Assembly: GCF_018977255.1 (NCBI RefSeq)
Contig: NW_024704742.1
Coordinates: 138,758,001 to 138,822,000 of the forward strand
DNA length: 64,000 nt
Reading direction: 5' to 3'
Source of the DNA: Callorhinchus milii
Taxonomy: Eukaryota
The notes under the pieces were generated by a model that searched no databases, was not told the DNA's origin, and saw nothing but the letters and a program-made list of their open reading frames with translations. Position 1 is the stretch's first letter; every line of letters begins with the position of its first letter. The translations under genes and the position numbers were made by a program. Of the stretch, positions 1 through 13,586 are shown piece after piece.

Positions 1-221
1 GGTTAAATGGCCTTCTTTGTGTTGTAGTTTGTATGTTTCCATATTGCCATCAATAAGCAATAAAGGAGATAATTTAGCATTAAAAAACTACATTTGTAGT
101 GAGGGTTTCATGCAGTACATTTTGTAAATTTGGCTCTGTGTGCTTATAAATGATACTAGGTTCATTTTAATTATTTAAACTTAACTATGGTACTGTATAT
201 CATTCACATCATAGTTGGCCA

Positions 222-603
222 TGGAGTCCTGTAGCTCAGTGGTTAGAGCACTCCCTCGCATGCAAGAGGACCTGGGTTAAATTCCCGGAGAGGACAAAAA
301 ATGTTGGGCAAGTTTCCTTGCTTCGCACGCCTCTGTTTACTTAGCGGTAAGTAGGAACCTGGTTGTTAGTTAATTGGCGAATCGCTTTTCCGGGGATAAT
401 AATCCCTTAAAAAAATATTTGGTCACTCAATCCATGACTGTTTATGGAGCACTGCTGTGTGCAATTGGCTGTCATGTTTCGCCCACAAAATATACAGTCA
501 ATTCACTTTACCGTATATTCTGTGAAGCGCTTTGAGACGCCTCGAAGATGTGATAAAGTGCTATATCAAATGCAACGATTATTATTATTATTATTACTAT
601 TAT
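222..603 (+). mobile_element. tRNA-derived SINE, long (older) form with Deu-like body and L2-type tail
   Basis: Head TGGAGTCCTGTAGCTCAGTGGTTAGAGCA (A box) and degenerate B box; ~60 bp internal segment gcctctgtttac..taggaacc; Deu-like ctgtgtgcaattggctg; tail gtgaagcgctttgagacg..tatatcaaatgcaa(tta)n. Confidence 0.9.
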
Positions 604-868
604 CATAGTTGGTTATAATTTACAAGATTACACAGCCCAGTGTGGTTAAGGTCCAATTTAATTATTTCATGTGCATAAAGAAAATTGCTTCTGAATTATT
701 GTCATAGGGATATTTGACTAGAAATATTGAAATGAGTAGAACAATCCTGACCTCACTATATGGGAGTGCTCAAAACAGAGTAACCTTCAAGCTTTCACAA
801 TATTGGCTTTGTATGGTTCTGTTGGGAAAGCAAATAAAAGTTGCTGAGTTGTTGTTTGGATCTGGCAG

Positions 869-990
869 GAGGGGTCCAATATTTGAAGTTGAGCAACAGT
901 TGTGCTGATTTGGACTTTGCTGCTTTGGGCTCCAGGCCAGCTCAGATCGGATTCAGTCGTCCTGCAATCTGTAACCTGGACCACTACCAG
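869..990 (+). CDS. Putative coding exon of an unidentified upstream gene (GVQYLKLSNSCADLDFAALGSRPAQIGFSRPAICNLDHYQ)
   Basis: Non-repeat sequence; acceptor tctggcag|GA, donor CAG|gtaaat; open frame phase 1 to phase 0; family not recognised. Confidence 0.4.
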
Positions 991-1194
991 GTAAATATGT
1001 CAAATTGATGAGGCAACGTTTCTGCCATCAGCTAACACAGCCACTATTGATTGGGTTGTTTTTGTTCAAATTGGCTGTATTTTATTTGAAATGAAAGAAA
1101 CTAGGCAGGCGTCCAGGCACTGGTCCTTTTACTCTCCTGTCAAGAAACAATTTTAAATCAGATAAATAATTTTCCTTTGGTCAAACAGTAGAAC

Positions 1195-1385
1195 AACAAC
1201 TTGCATTTTCTGGCAGCCTTCACGTGGGGTAGCCCTTGACAGTGGAGGAGTCTGATCCCAAGCCAGGGGGAGAGGGATTGGGGAGGTGACCATAAGCACA
1301 ATCAAAAAGGAAGGTTATTAGGTGGGATTTTAAAGTGGAGAGGGGAGGCGGCAAGGTGGAGGGATTGAGGGAGACAGTTTCAGAG
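1195..1385 (-). mobile_element. L2 LINE 3' end fragment
   Basis: Minus strand reads LKSHLITFLFDCAY (L2 ORF2 C-terminus) followed by an L2-type tail ending in (ttg)n. Confidence 0.7.
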
Positions 1386-1559
1386 AACCTACCTAATTCC
1401 CTTTTGAAAGGCTCCTGTTTGCTACAAAACAGTAGCAGTTTTCTTAGCGGTTCCACCATCAGAAACTTTGCTACTGCTACCAAGATTGCGGTTAGAAATA
1501 ATAATCTTTGTATTTGATATTGCGCTTATAACACAAAAGTGTTTCACAGTTTAGTGCTG

Positions 1560-1880
1560 CCAAGTTTAGTGACTGTTGCCATTTTGCATAGCGTAAGGTC
1601 TATAAAAAGACATGAAATGAATGACCAATTTGTCTGGAAGATTAATGGCAAGGACCGACGAGAAATTTCTTTCTCTTTTCAAATAGTGTTGTGGGATCTT
1701 TAACATCCATCTGAGCAGACAGGCAGAGCCGTGGTTTAACATCTCCTCTGAGGATTGCACCTGTGACAATGCAGCGCTCCCCTGTGCTATGCCTGTGCTC
1801 AACCTATAGTGCTGACATGAGAATTGAACCCACAATCTTCTGACCCAAAAATGAGAGCATGCCTGACTGAGACAATGTGA
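1560..1880 (-). mobile_element. Old Deu-domain SINE (SacSINE1/AmnSINE-like)
   Basis: Minus strand carries gggtcagaagattgtgggttcaa and ttaaaccacggc..agatggatgttaaagatcccaca, typical of Deu-SINE bodies. Confidence 0.65.
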
Positions 1881-1973
1881 CACTATTTTCTCATTCCCTC
1901 ATTCCTGTCATCACAAGGTCACAAGATTGGTCTGGATAAAGATAGCTCTGGGCCCATTTGATTTCATTCCTCC

Positions 1974-2246
1974 ACAATTCCAGGCAGGGCGAAACCTTGG
2001 GCAAGTTTCCTTACTCCACACGCCTAATAATAATCCCTCCAAAAAACCCAAAAACAATAATAAATTGGTCATTTTCAATCTACGACTGTTTGTGGGACAT
2101 TGCTGTGCGCAATTGGCTGCCGCGTTCGCCCACAAATATACAGTCAATTCACTTTACAGTATATTCTGTGAAGCGCTTTGGGACGTCCTCCCGACGTGAA
2201 AAGCGCTATATCAAATGCAAGGATTATTATTATTATTATTATTATT
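1974..2246 (+). mobile_element. SINE, short (young) form, 5'-truncated
   Basis: Near-identical to copies at 6316 and 60215; (tta)n tail. Confidence 0.9.
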
Positions 2247-2408
2247 AATACCCACCTTACCATCCTCCCATCACAGCATCAAGCTGCTTTTTAAAAGTCC
2301 ATTGTCCTGGCCTCAACAACAACAACACATTACATTTACACAGACTTTCACCCTTCCTTGGCAAAGTGCTGAATGCCTATATGCCAAAATATAGGTGTAT
2401 TTGAGTCC

Positions 2409-2705
2409 TGGAGTCCTGTAGCTCAGTGGTTAGAGCACTCTCTTTGCAAGTGAGAGACCTGAGTTCAATTCCAGGCAGAGGGCCAAACCTCGGGCAAGTT
2501 TCCTTACTCCACACAGAGCCTAATAATAATCCCTCCAAAAACAAAAACAATAATAAATTGGTCATTTTCAATCTACGACTGTTTGTGGGACACTGCTGTG
2601 TGCACAAATATACAGTCAATTCATTTTACAGTGTGTTCTGTGAAGCGCTTTGGGACGTCCTCCCGACGTGAAAAGCGCTATATCAAATGCAAGGATTATT
2701 ATTAT
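2409..2705 (+). mobile_element. SINE, short form, small internal deletion
   Basis: Full tRNA head; lacks the attggctgccgcgttcgcc segment present in sister copies. Confidence 0.9.
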
Positions 2706-2802
2706 AAAATTGAAAACAATTAATATTTGCTAAAGCCCCAAGAGTAAACCCAGAGCAGAATAGCAGATCTGAAAAGCAGTCTCATGTTGATTGCCATGGC
2801 AG

Positions 2803-2853
2803 AAAAATATTCAGTCCGCAGACCTGTTGATTCAGTTTATGACGTCAGGATGA
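2803..2853 (+). CDS. Putative last coding exon of the upstream unidentified gene (KNIQSADLLIQFMTSG*)
   Basis: Acceptor ccatggcag|AAA in phase 0, compatible with exon 869-990; ends TGA; weak polypyrimidine tract. Confidence 0.3.
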   Translation, partial: KNIQSADLLIQFMTSG

Positions 2854-3301
2854 ATCTGGGTTCAACGAATCTTGAGAATTAGCATCTGATTAAACACAGG
2901 GGTCTCTTCATAACTACCTTGTCTGTCTGAGATAGCTGGTGAGGCTTGGGGTGACAGCTGCCGGAGGGCACTACCTAAAGTCTGAGTTTGTGAACACATG
3001 TTCATATACCCAGGGCTGGGTATCTACCTTGATTGGTATGGAGAGAGGTTTTCATCAACTATCCAATAGACATAATAATAATCCTTGCATTTGATATACT
3101 GCCTCATCATGTTGTTAAGATGTCTCAAAGTGCTTCACAGAATATATTGTAATGAGGATTGACTGTATAGCGCCTTATCACGTCGTTGAGACGTCACAAA
3201 GTGATTCACAGAATACATTGTAAAATGAATTGACTGTTTACTTTGTGGGCAAAAATGTGGCAGCCAATTGCGCACAGAGGTGTCCCACAAACAGTCATTG
3301 A

Positions 3302-3645
3302 TTGCTGCTGAAACCCTCATTCACACATTCGTCACATCTCGGCTCGATTACGCCAACTCCCTGCTTGTCAGCCTTCCCAACTTTTCCCTCCACAGATCCC
3401 CCAAACTCTGCAGCTCATGTCCTCTCCCACACCAGACTCCATGACCCCATCACCCCAAACCTCGCCCGGCTCCACTGGCACTCCACCCCTCAGGATAGAG
3501 TTCAAAATCCTCGTCTTCGCCTTCAAAGCCCTCCACGACCTTGTCTCTCCCTACCTCTGTGACCTGCTAACCCCATTTCAACCTGTCCACCCCCTCCACT
3601 CAGCGGACTCTGGCCTGCACCACTTCCCCCGCCTGGCCATTGATG
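3302..3645 (+). mobile_element. L2 ORF2 C-terminal fragment
   Basis: [25 protein letters not shown] and RIEFKILVFAFKALH motifs. Confidence 0.85.
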
Positions 3646-3964
3646 TTTAACCTACTTTTACATGATGTCCCTCCCAGCACTGGCTTTTCTGTGACTTGGG
3701 AGCTAACCATTGGTTGTGATGACCAATGTTTTTATAAATCATTTATTGATTTCTGTGTAACTGATCAGACATTTACAGGGACAAAACAATAAACAGTAGA
3801 CACTCGAGAATGTAAAACCCTGTGTTGGTACATTGTGTGCTCACCACGTCAGCATTACATTTGCTGATCAGTTGATACTATTGGGTTCAAAGGTATGTCA
3901 AGCAGTGGCCTAACCATTCTGTGATGCTTGGCCAGCAGTGGAACCGTTACGTCTGGGAAAAAAT

Positions 3965-4445
3965 TCCTGGAGCTTAATGGTTAGCACACTCAGCTTGCAA
4001 GTGAGAGGATCTGGGTTTGATTCGCGGGCAGGGAGAAACTTTGGGCACATTTTTTTACTGCACGCCTCACTTTCTCCCTCGCCTCCTTCAAAGCCGGTTT
4101 CAAGACCCTTCTCTTCAACTGTGCCTTTGGTCTCCCTCCCACCTCTCTGCCTTCCGTCACCCCTACACCACCCCTCCCCCATGCTCAGGCCCCGATACCT
4201 GACTGTTCAGCGCTTTGGGACGTCCTCCCAACGTGAAAGGCGCTCTATAAATGTCATTTTGTTGTTGTTTACCTTGCAGCAAGTAGGAACCCGGTTGTTA
4301 GTCAATTGGTGGATCACTTTCCCGGGGGTAATAATCCCTTCAAAAAACAAATAAACACAAATAATTGGGTCATTCAATCCACAATTGTTTGTAAGAAACT
4401 GCTGCCAAGTTTCGCCCACAAAATGCAAAGTCAATTCACTTTACT
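3965..4445 (+). mobile_element. Long-form SINE interrupted by an L2 3' fragment (~4070-4268)
   Basis: SINE head to ~4068, L2 tail ending gttgttg, then SINE body resumes at taccttgcagcaagtaggaacc. Confidence 0.8.
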
Positions 4446-7442
4446 TGAGCAGAGAGCCCAGTAGTGTGAGGAGAGAACTGAGTGAGGTGGAACAGAGTGA
4501 AAACTCTGTTAAGAAATTTGGTGAGCATGGGAATTCTTCAGCAAGGGAGATACCAGAGAGCAAGAGAGAACTCTTTTATTCAACAGAAGAGTGGGAAATC
4601 TATCTTGAAGTAGAGGCAACCTCATAAGGAATTTGGTGAGAGTGGGAATTCGGTGCAGAGGGGGAAAGAGGTTCATAATTATAAAATATATGTTATATTA
4701 AACTAATATAAAACGTGTCTGGGAATATGACAGGGCAGCTGAGACCGGTTGCCTGCACAATGTGTGCCATGTGGGAGCTCCAGGAGGCTTTGTGAGCCCT
4801 GCACAGACACGTGTGTAGAAGTGCCTCCGGCTGCTGGAGCTCAGGGTTTCCGAGCTCGAGGAGACGCTGGAGTCACTACATGGCATACGGGAGGCTGGAG
4901 AGTTCATGGATCGAACGCTTCAGGAGGTGGTCACCGTACAGCCACAGAGGGTTCAGAAGAAGAGTGAGTGGGTGACCACCGGCCTGGTAGGAAGAGGGGA
5001 CGGCAGTGCAGAAACCCCCTGAGAGTGTGGCACTCACAAACCAGTCTTCAGTACTGAATACCAGTTAGGGTGATGGCACCTCTGGGGAGCGGAGTCAAAA
5101 GCTAATGGATGCCCAGAGGAACACAGGAAGAGTGTCATTGCAATTGTCATTGGGGACACAATGGTGAAGGGAGTAGACAGGCGTTTCTGCAGCCAAAGCC
5201 GTGATCTCACACGGTCTGTGGCCTCCCTGGTGTCAGGGTTGAAGACATCACAGAATGGGGCCAAATATTCTACAGGGGGAAGGGGAACAGCCAGAAGTCG
5301 GGGTCTATGTTGGGATCCACGACGTAGCGAAAAAAAGGGCTGAGATCCTACAGGGAGAGTATCAGAAGCTCGGGAATAAGCTAAAGAGTAGGGCCTCAAA
5401 AGTGGTGATCTCTGTATTACTCCCAGTGCCTCGTGCAAGTGAGGATCAAAACAGCAGATCAAACACATGAATGAATGGCTGGAGAAATGGTGCAGAAAGG
5501 AGGGCTTCAGGTTCCTAGATCATTGGGACCAGTTCTGGGGCAGGTGGGACCTGTACAAGGTGAATGGGTTACATCTGAACAGGGCTGGGACCAATGTCCT
5601 GACAGGGAGGTTAACTAGTGCTGTAGGGAAGGGTGTAAATAAATTTTGAGGGGGGAAGGGAATCAGGTTGTAGCATCAGAGCGGACAACCAAGTTACACA
5701 GAGGGCTGGGAGAGACGGATAGCAATGTAATAAGGAATAATCCAGAAAAAGGAGGGATTAGACGGGGGAGAAATGCAGATCAGACTCAGTCGGTCTTGGA
5801 GTGCATGTGTGTAAATGCACGGAGTGTGACAAATAAGCTTGGTGAGCTGCGGCTCAAGTTGCCACATTGGGTTATGATGTAGTGGCAATAACGGAGACTT
5901 GGCTCAAACAAGGGCAGGAATGGGAGCTGAATATTCCTGGCTACGATGTACTCAGGAGGGATAAGGAAGGGAAAAAAGGAGGGGAGGGGGTGGCAATATT
6001 GATTAAAGACACGGTTACGGCCCTGGAAAGGGATGATGTGCTTGAGGGTCCCAAAACAGAATCTGTTTGGTTAGAGTTAAGGAGCAGAAAAGGAGTTGTT
6101 ACTCTGTGAGGTGTGTACCATAGACCTCCAAATAGTGGGAAGGAGAGACGAGCAAATCTGCAGATTTCAGAAAGATGCAAAACCAATGGAGTAGTAATAA
6201 TGGGGGACTTCAATTATCCGAACATAGACAGTGCAAAGGGCAAGGAGGGGGAGGGTTCCTGAAAGGTGTGCAGGAGAACTTTCTGGATCAGTATGTTTCC
6301 AACCCAACGAGGAAGTGGAGTCCTGTAGCTCAGTGGTTAGAGCACTCGCTTTGCAAGTGAGAGACCTGAGTTCAATTCCAGGCAGAGGGCGAAACCTTGG
6401 GCAAGTTTCCTTACTCCACACAGAGCCAAATAATAATCCCTCCAAAAACCAAAAACAATAACAAATTGGTCATTTTCAATCTACGATTGTTTGTGGGACA
6501 TTGCTGTGCGCAATTGGCTGCCGCGTTCGCCCACAAATATACAGTCAATTCACTTTACAGTGTGTTCTGTGAAGCGCTTTGGGACGTCCTCCCGACGTGA
6601 AAAGCGCTATATCAAATGCAAGGATTATTATTATTATTATAAGGAAGCAGAGCTGGATCTCGCTCTGGGGGATGAAGTGGGGAAGTGGAGCAGGTTTCAG
6701 TAGGAGAGCATCTGGACAACAGTGACCACAACATCATTAGGTTTAGAGAATTTATGGAAAGGGACAAGGAACAATCAAAGGTGAAGATACTCAACTGGAA
6801 GAGGCTAATTTCAATGAGCTAATTTAAACAGGGACCGAGCCAATGTGGACTGGAAAGAAAGATTGTCAGGTAAAACAGCTAACGAGCAATGGGAAGCCTT
6901 CAAGGAGGAGATTGTTGTCAGGTCCCAAATACGGAAGATAATCAAATAAAATATAGAAAGTACAGAGGAGAACTGAAGAGGAAATAAGAGGGGCAAAGAG
7001 ATTGTATGAGAAAAAATTAGTGGGTAACACAAAAGGGAACCCTAAGGTATTTTATAAGCATCTAAAGAATAAAAGGTTAGTCAAAAGTAGGGTGGGTCCA
7101 ATTAGGGACCAAAGAGGAAATCTTCTTGTGGAAGCAGAGGGCACGGCTGATGTACTGAATGAGGACTTTGCATCTGACTTCACAAATGAGTATGCAGCCA
7201 ATGCCACAGTATTGGAGGAGATGGGAGAGAAATTAGATAAGATAAGAATAAACCAAGGGGAGGTACTAAAAAGGTTGATGGTGCTCAAGGTAGATAAGTC
7301 ACCCGGCCCGGACGGGATGCATCCTAGGTTACTGAGGGAAGTAAGGAAATAGCAGAGGTTCTGGCCACAATCTTTCAACCCTCCTTGGACACCAGGGTGG
7401 TGCCAGCGGACTGGAAGGTTGCAAATGTTACTCCCCTGTCTC
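4446..7442 (+). mobile_element. CR1 LINE, decayed: 5' UTR, ORF1 (zinc finger, coiled coil, SGNH esterase), ORF2 endonuclease and start of RT
   Basis: VACTMCAMWE, LELRVSELEETL, IVIGDTMVKG, WDQFWGRWDLYKVNGLHLN; CVNARS, AITETWL, DKSPGPDGMHPRLL; many frameshifts. Confidence 0.93.
6316..6640 (+). mobile_element. Full-length short-form SINE inserted in CR1 ORF2
   Basis: aggaag on both sides (target-site duplication); CR1 reading resumes after the insertion. Confidence 0.93.
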
Positions 7443-8264
7443 AAAGAAATGATAAGGCACTATATCAAATGCAAGGATTATTAAAAGATTTGGTCAGAAT
7501 ATGTTTTGTGATCTCTCCCTCCTCCTACTTCCCACACCACGGCTAATTGAGGATCACACTTCAGCTAATGCAACACTCAGTCACCTACCTACAATCGGGT
7601 CTCTTGCAAATGTGATGTCAGCCACAATAAAAATCAGATATCACCAGTAATAATCATTGCATTTTATGTATTATAAACAACAACTTTATTCATAAAGCAT
7701 AAGCATTTCAGAGCTTTATAATAATTACTGAAATGTAGTAACTATGTACTTAAAAGGTAATGTAACAACTAATTTCTGCACCATAACAACAACAGCTTGT
7801 ATTTATGTAACGCCTGTCACATGGGATGGTGTCTCAGAGGCCCTAGCTGTGATGGAGCTTGGGAAGTGATGTAGGCATGGTCGAAGAGGAAGGTCTTCAG
7901 ATGCGATCTGAAGACAGTCAAGGAGGGCTCAAGATGGAGGGATTGAGGCAGAGCGTTCCAAAGTGGTAGAGCATAATATTCGCCCACAAATATACAGTCA
8001 ATTCACTTTACAATGTGTTCTGTGAAGTGCTTTGGGATGTCCTCCCGACGTGAAAACGCTATATCAAATGCAAGTATTATTATTATAGTGGCTAAAAGCA
8101 CAGCCACCAACGGTGGAGCAGAGGAGACAAGGGATATGCAGGAGGCTGGAGCCAGCTGAGTGAAAGGGGCTTTGTGAAGAGAGCAAGCTGAGTGATGTGA
8201 GCAAGTGAGCGACCGAAACAGATATGAACAAGAGACTAATGGGACCGGATCAGCCTGAGCAGAG

Positions 8265-9370
8265 GCTCCTTCTCGGCGATGTCATTCGCAGACATGGGGT
8301 CAATTTCCACACATATGCGGGTGACACACAAATCTACTTCTCCTCCTGTAACTGCGATTTCAAGTCTTGCCGATCAGCTTGTCTGGCAGACATTAGGGCC
8401 TGGATGAGCACAAACTACTTACAGATAAATGTTGACAAGACAGAAGCCATAGCCTTGGCTCCCATCAAGGAGTCCTGTAACTCAGTTGTTAGAGCACTCG
8501 CCTCACAAGCGAGAGACCTGAGTTCAATTCCTGGCAGGGCGAAACCTTGGGCAAGTTTCCTTACTCCACACACCTGATACTAATCCCTCAAGAAAAAAAA
8601 GCACAATAATAAAATTGGTCATTTCAATTCACAACTGTTTCTGGGACACTCACTGCTGTGCTTAATCGGCTGCCGTGTTTCACTCACAAATATACAGTCA
8701 ATTCACTTTACAGTATATTCTGTGAAGCGCTTTGAGATGTATAGAAGTCGTGAAAAGCACTATATCAAATGCAGGGATGATTATTATTTTTATCAGTGTC
8801 TTCGTCCTGCGGTTCTGACATCCTCAACCTCCCCAGCCTATCCCTCAGATGGAAACGGTGTGCGACCTTGGCGTCAGGTTTCACCCACAGCTGTCCTTCC
8901 ATTATCCACAAAATCCAACTAATCCAAAACTCCACAGCCCGCACATTTCATCTGCTCCAAACTCCGTACCCTCATTATACCAGTTCTAGCCACACTCCAC
9001 TGGCTCCCTGTCATCGAACAGATCGATTTCAAGATCCTTGCACTCAAATCCCTTCATATCCTGGCACCTCTCTACCTCTCCGACCTGCTTACTTCCCAAC
9101 ACACGATCCGCTGCCTCCACTTGACCAGCCTCTTGCATGTCCCTCGTGCCCTCTGTTCTACCATCGGTGGCCACGCTTTCGACCACAACACCTCGAAACT
9201 CTGAAACGCTCTTCCTTTATTCCTCTGCCTTGCCCCTTCTCCATCTTCAGGTCATGCCCGAAGACCTTCTTTTTCGACCGTGCCTATGGTCATTCCCCTC
9301 ACCCCCCGGCGCTGCGTCATGCTCTGCCACTGTCAAGCGCCCTGGGACACTGCCCTGTGTAAATGCAAGC
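8265..9370 (+). mobile_element. Degenerate L2 RT/C-terminal fragments split by a SINE (~8469-8790)
   Basis: LGDVIRRHGVNFHTYAGDTQIY, IQLIQNSTAR, KTFFFDRAY. Confidence 0.8.
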
Positions 9371-10557
9371 TTTTGGGGTTCTGGGTGATCTGGAGCTTGT
9401 GGAGGAGGGAGCATAGGAGCAGAGTATTGGATAAATCTACTCTGAAGGTGACTAATGAGTGGATGAGGGCTTTTTGCAGTGTAGGTAATAAGGTAAGGCT
9501 GGACACTGGCAATAGTGCTAAGATGGAGGAAAGTGGATTTTGTCAAGGACAAATGGAAGGTTTAAAGGCGGTTGAACAAAACTCTGCGATTGCCATTGGC
9601 TCCATGAGCTGATGGAGTAAGCAACCTGAGAATTTGATACAGTCACAGCCACTTAAAAGTACACCAGTCCTTTCTTCTTGCTGAGAGTGAAGCAATGTGC
9701 GTCGCATATCCTGTTGTGAAGCATTTCTGTAAATATTGACATATTGGCTGGAACATTCATATACTCATTAGCCTGTGGTAGGGCCATGGTCACTCTGACT
9801 ACATCAAGCCAGAGAATCTGTGTTGTTACTGCAGATGTTGAGAGCTTGCTTACTGCCAAAGCCCCTCACAGCATTCTCTGTCAGGTTACCAGCTCAATGA
9901 GATGCTGTATATTGCGTGTGAATGATCAGCCAACAGGTCAACATTGCATCCTATAGCCCATAATCTTACAGATCTTAACAGAGCAGACTGGATAGTTGTT
10001 GGATAGTTGACCATGATAAGCTGTTTCATCTTGTCTTGATCAGTAAAATCAGAGGACACGGCCTGCGATTGAAACGGGGTCCCAGCGCCTTGGGACATCC
10101 TCCCGAAATGAAAGGTGCTCTATAAATGTAATTTGGTTGTTGTTGTAAATTCAGAACAAATCTGCAAAACTCTATATCAGGGAGCGATTAGTAAACGTAT
10201 GGAACAGGTTCCCTCGGGAGAGACGGTGGAAGCAGAAAATGTTGTTTGTTTCAAGAACAAATGAGATAGATTTCTGCTGGGAAAATAATATCTGGGAATG
10301 TAATATATAGTTTGGGCCACGACATATCAAGTGACTGCCAGGATGGTGGAAGGTGAACCTTGGTCTTCTTTCACCAGCAAATTCTTATGGTCTTATGTTC
10401 TTAATCTTAACCACCATTACTTTAACTAGATGCCTAATTATATTGAAGGTGAGATCCTTATCTCTGATCTTTAACCCAGTTTATAATGATCTTATGTTCT
10501 TATTGTAAATACATGGGGAGCTGGTGTTGGAGAACTCCTTAAAAGTTAGCCCCATAT

Positions 10558-11260
10558 GTGGAGGCCTGTAGCTCAGTGGTTAGAGCACTCGCCTCACAAA
10601 TGAGAGGACCTGGGTTTGTTTCCCGGGCAGGGTGAAATATTAGGCAAGTTTCCCTACTCTACAACATAATAATAATAATAATAATAATCCTTGCATTTGA
10701 TATAGCGCTTTTCACGTCGGAAGGACGTCCCAAAGCGCTTCACAGAACACACTGTAAAGTGAATTGACTGTATATTTGTGGGCGAACGCGGCAGCCAATT
10801 GCGCACAGCAATGTCCCACAAACAGTCGTAGATTGAAAATGCCAATTTTATTATTGTTTTTGGTTTTGGAGGGATTATTATTAGGCGTGTGGAGTAAGGA
10901 AACTTGCCCAAGGACAACAACAACTTGCATTTACACACTGCCCTCCTGGGTGGCTTCTCAGAGCACTTAAACTCTACTCTCCACACCTCTGCAGAGCACT
11001 TACTCTACACACCTCTGTTTAACTAGCAGTAAGTAGGAACCTTCTTGTTAGTCGATTGGTGGATTGCTTTTATGGGGATAATAATTCCTTAAAAAAAATT
11101 GGTCACTTCAATCCATGACTGTTTGTGGGACTCTGCTGTGCGCAGCATTTCACCCACAAAGTATACAGTCAACAAACTTTACGGTATATTATGTGAAGCA
11201 TTTTGAGACGTCTCAAACACAAAATAAGGAGCTATATCAAATGCAAGGATTATTATTGTT
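10558..11260 (+). mobile_element. Long-form SINE with a short-form SINE (~10668-10911, minus) nested inside
   Basis: Head at 10558, inverted young copy, then body resumes at tactctacacacctctgtttaactagcag. Confidence 0.85.
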
Positions 11261-11369
11261 AGATGTAGGACCTTTCATTTCATAGCAGTTTGCTTTTTAA
11301 CTCTAAGATTTTAACATGTTATTCTCTGTCCTTAGAAGACGTTAACTTAAATTCAGGGATGCATTTCAC

Positions 11370-11785
11370 AGTTTAGGCTGACACTCTGATACAGTGCTGG
11401 ATTGGTGGATATTTAATTATTGGAAATGCCGTCTTCTGGATGAAACTGAAGTCTCATCTACATGTTTAGGTGGACGATAAAGACCATGGCAGTACTCGAA
11501 AAAGCAAGAGAGTCTCTCCTGGTGTCGCTGGCGAGTTCTCTCAATGTGAAAGGCACTATAAAAATGTAAATTTATTGTTGTTGTCCAAGCCGACAATCCC
11601 CCAAATAAAATCGGTCATTCACTTCATGGCTGTTTGTGCGACATTGCTGTCCGCAAATTGGCTGCAACATTTTCCTGCAGATACACAATCACACCACTTT
11701 ACAATAAAAGGGACTTCACTGTGAAGAACTTAGAGACATCCTCCTAATGTGAGAGGTATTATACCAAATGCAAGGATTATTATAA
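11370..11785 (+). mobile_element. Old Deu-domain SINE remnant
   Basis: taggctgacactc, ggtggacgataaagaccatggc, gctgtttgtgcgacattgctgtccgcaaattggctgc. Confidence 0.65.
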
Positions 11786-12143
11786 ATCCTGTGAAGCACT
11801 TTGAGACATTCTTCTGACACAGAAGGTCAAATCCAAGGAATGTTTAATTTTTGCTATGAAATTGAGCATGGGAACCAGAGGAGGCCATTCAGCCCATCAA
11901 ATCAATTAGAAACATAGGAACAGGAGGAGGACATTCAGCACCTCGAGCCTGTTCCGCCATTCTTTATTATCATGGCTGATCTGTACCTCAACTACAATTA
12001 ACCGCCTTTCCCCCGTATCCCTTGATACCCTGACCACCCAGCTTATTAAATCACTGCAGATCTATTTCCCTGTCTTTTATCCATACCTATTAATCATTTT
12101 ACTTCCCAAGTATCTGTCTCTCTCTTTTAGTCCTGTAGAGTAT

Positions 12144-12500
12144 GTGGACTCCTAAAGCATATTGGTTACAGCTCGTCTCGCAAGCGAGAGGACCTGAGTT
12201 TGATTCCCGGACAGAGGAAATCCTTAGTTAAGTTTCCTTACTCCACACACCTCTGTTTACCTAGCAGTAAGAACCTGGTTGTTAGTCGATTGGTGGATCG
12301 CTTTCTGGGAGAAATAATCCCCTATATAAAAAAAATTGGTGTCACTCAATCCATGACTGTTTGTGGGACACTGCTGTGTGCAATTGGCAGCCGCGTTTCA
12401 CCCACAAAATATAGTCAATTCACTTTAGAGTATATCCTGTGAAGCATTTGAGACGTCTCAACGTTGTGATAAGGCACTATATCAAATGCACATATTATTA
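12144..12500 (+). mobile_element. Long-form SINE
   Basis: Diverged tRNA head, internal segment, Deu-like body and tail. Confidence 0.85.
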
Positions 12501-13586
12501 TTTTAAACATCTCAATTGCTGCTGTCTCTATAGCCTTCTGGGCAGTGCATTTCTACATTTTCAAAATTGTCTGGATGACATAATGTTTGCTGATTTCACT
12601 TATAGACAGTTTAGCTCTAATTCTGAGATTATATCCCCTTGTTTTGGATCCCTCAACTACAGGGAAGAGTCGTCCACTATCGAGCATCCTTGTTTTATAA
12701 CTTTAAAATTGTGTTGCCAAAATAATGTTGAAGCGTTTCGTTGAATCAGAGATTTGTGGTCTTTGTGAAGATTCTTAAACTCAGTGACCAAACTGGGATA
12801 ATCTAATAATAGCATTTGATATAGCGCCTTATTATATCGTTGAGATGTCTCAAAGCAGTTCACAGAATATACTGTATTTATATCAACTATTGAACGAGTA
12901 TAATATATTGTAATATAATATACCATGTGGAGTTCTGTAGCATAGTGATTAGAGCAATCACCCGCAAGCGAGAGGACCTGAGTTCAATTCCCGGGCACGG
13001 CGAAACATTGGGTAAGTTTCTTTACTCCATGCGCCTCTGTTTACCTGCAGTCAGGCAAGAAAAACAGCTAACAAGCCTTCAAGGAGAGATAGTTTGGGGA
13101 CAGAAAAAATACATTCCCACAACGGGGAAAGGAGGGCATCCAAACCTCCCTGGATGAGTGAGGAAATTGGGATTAAAATAAAACAGAAAAAGGCTTATGA
13201 TAAATGTCAGGTCCAAAATACAGAAGATAATCAAATAGAATATAGAAAGTACAGAGGAGAACTGAAGAGGAAATAAGAGGGGCAAAGAGATTGTGTGAGA
13301 AACGATTAGTGGGTAACATAAAAGGGAACCCTAAGGTATGTTATAAGCATCTAAAGAATAAAAGGTTAGTCAAAGGTCGGGTGGGGCCAAATAGGGACCA
13401 AGAGGAAATCTTCTTGTGGAGGCCGAGGGCACGGCTGACGTACTGACTGAGGACTTTGCATCTGTCTTCACAAAAGAAGAGAATGGAGCCAATGCCACAG
13501 TATCGGAGGAGAGGGGAGAGAAATTGGTTCAGAATAAACCGAGAGGAGGGACTAAAAAGGCTGTCGGTACTCAAGGAGATAAGTCA

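Noticed and set aside
6316..6390. tRNA-Ala gene
   Set aside because: The tRNA-like sequence is the head of a dispersed SINE, continuous with its body and tail.
9600..10075. Unique-looking stretch as a possible exon
   Set aside because: No convincing splice pair or recognisable peptide; probably an old unclassified repeat.
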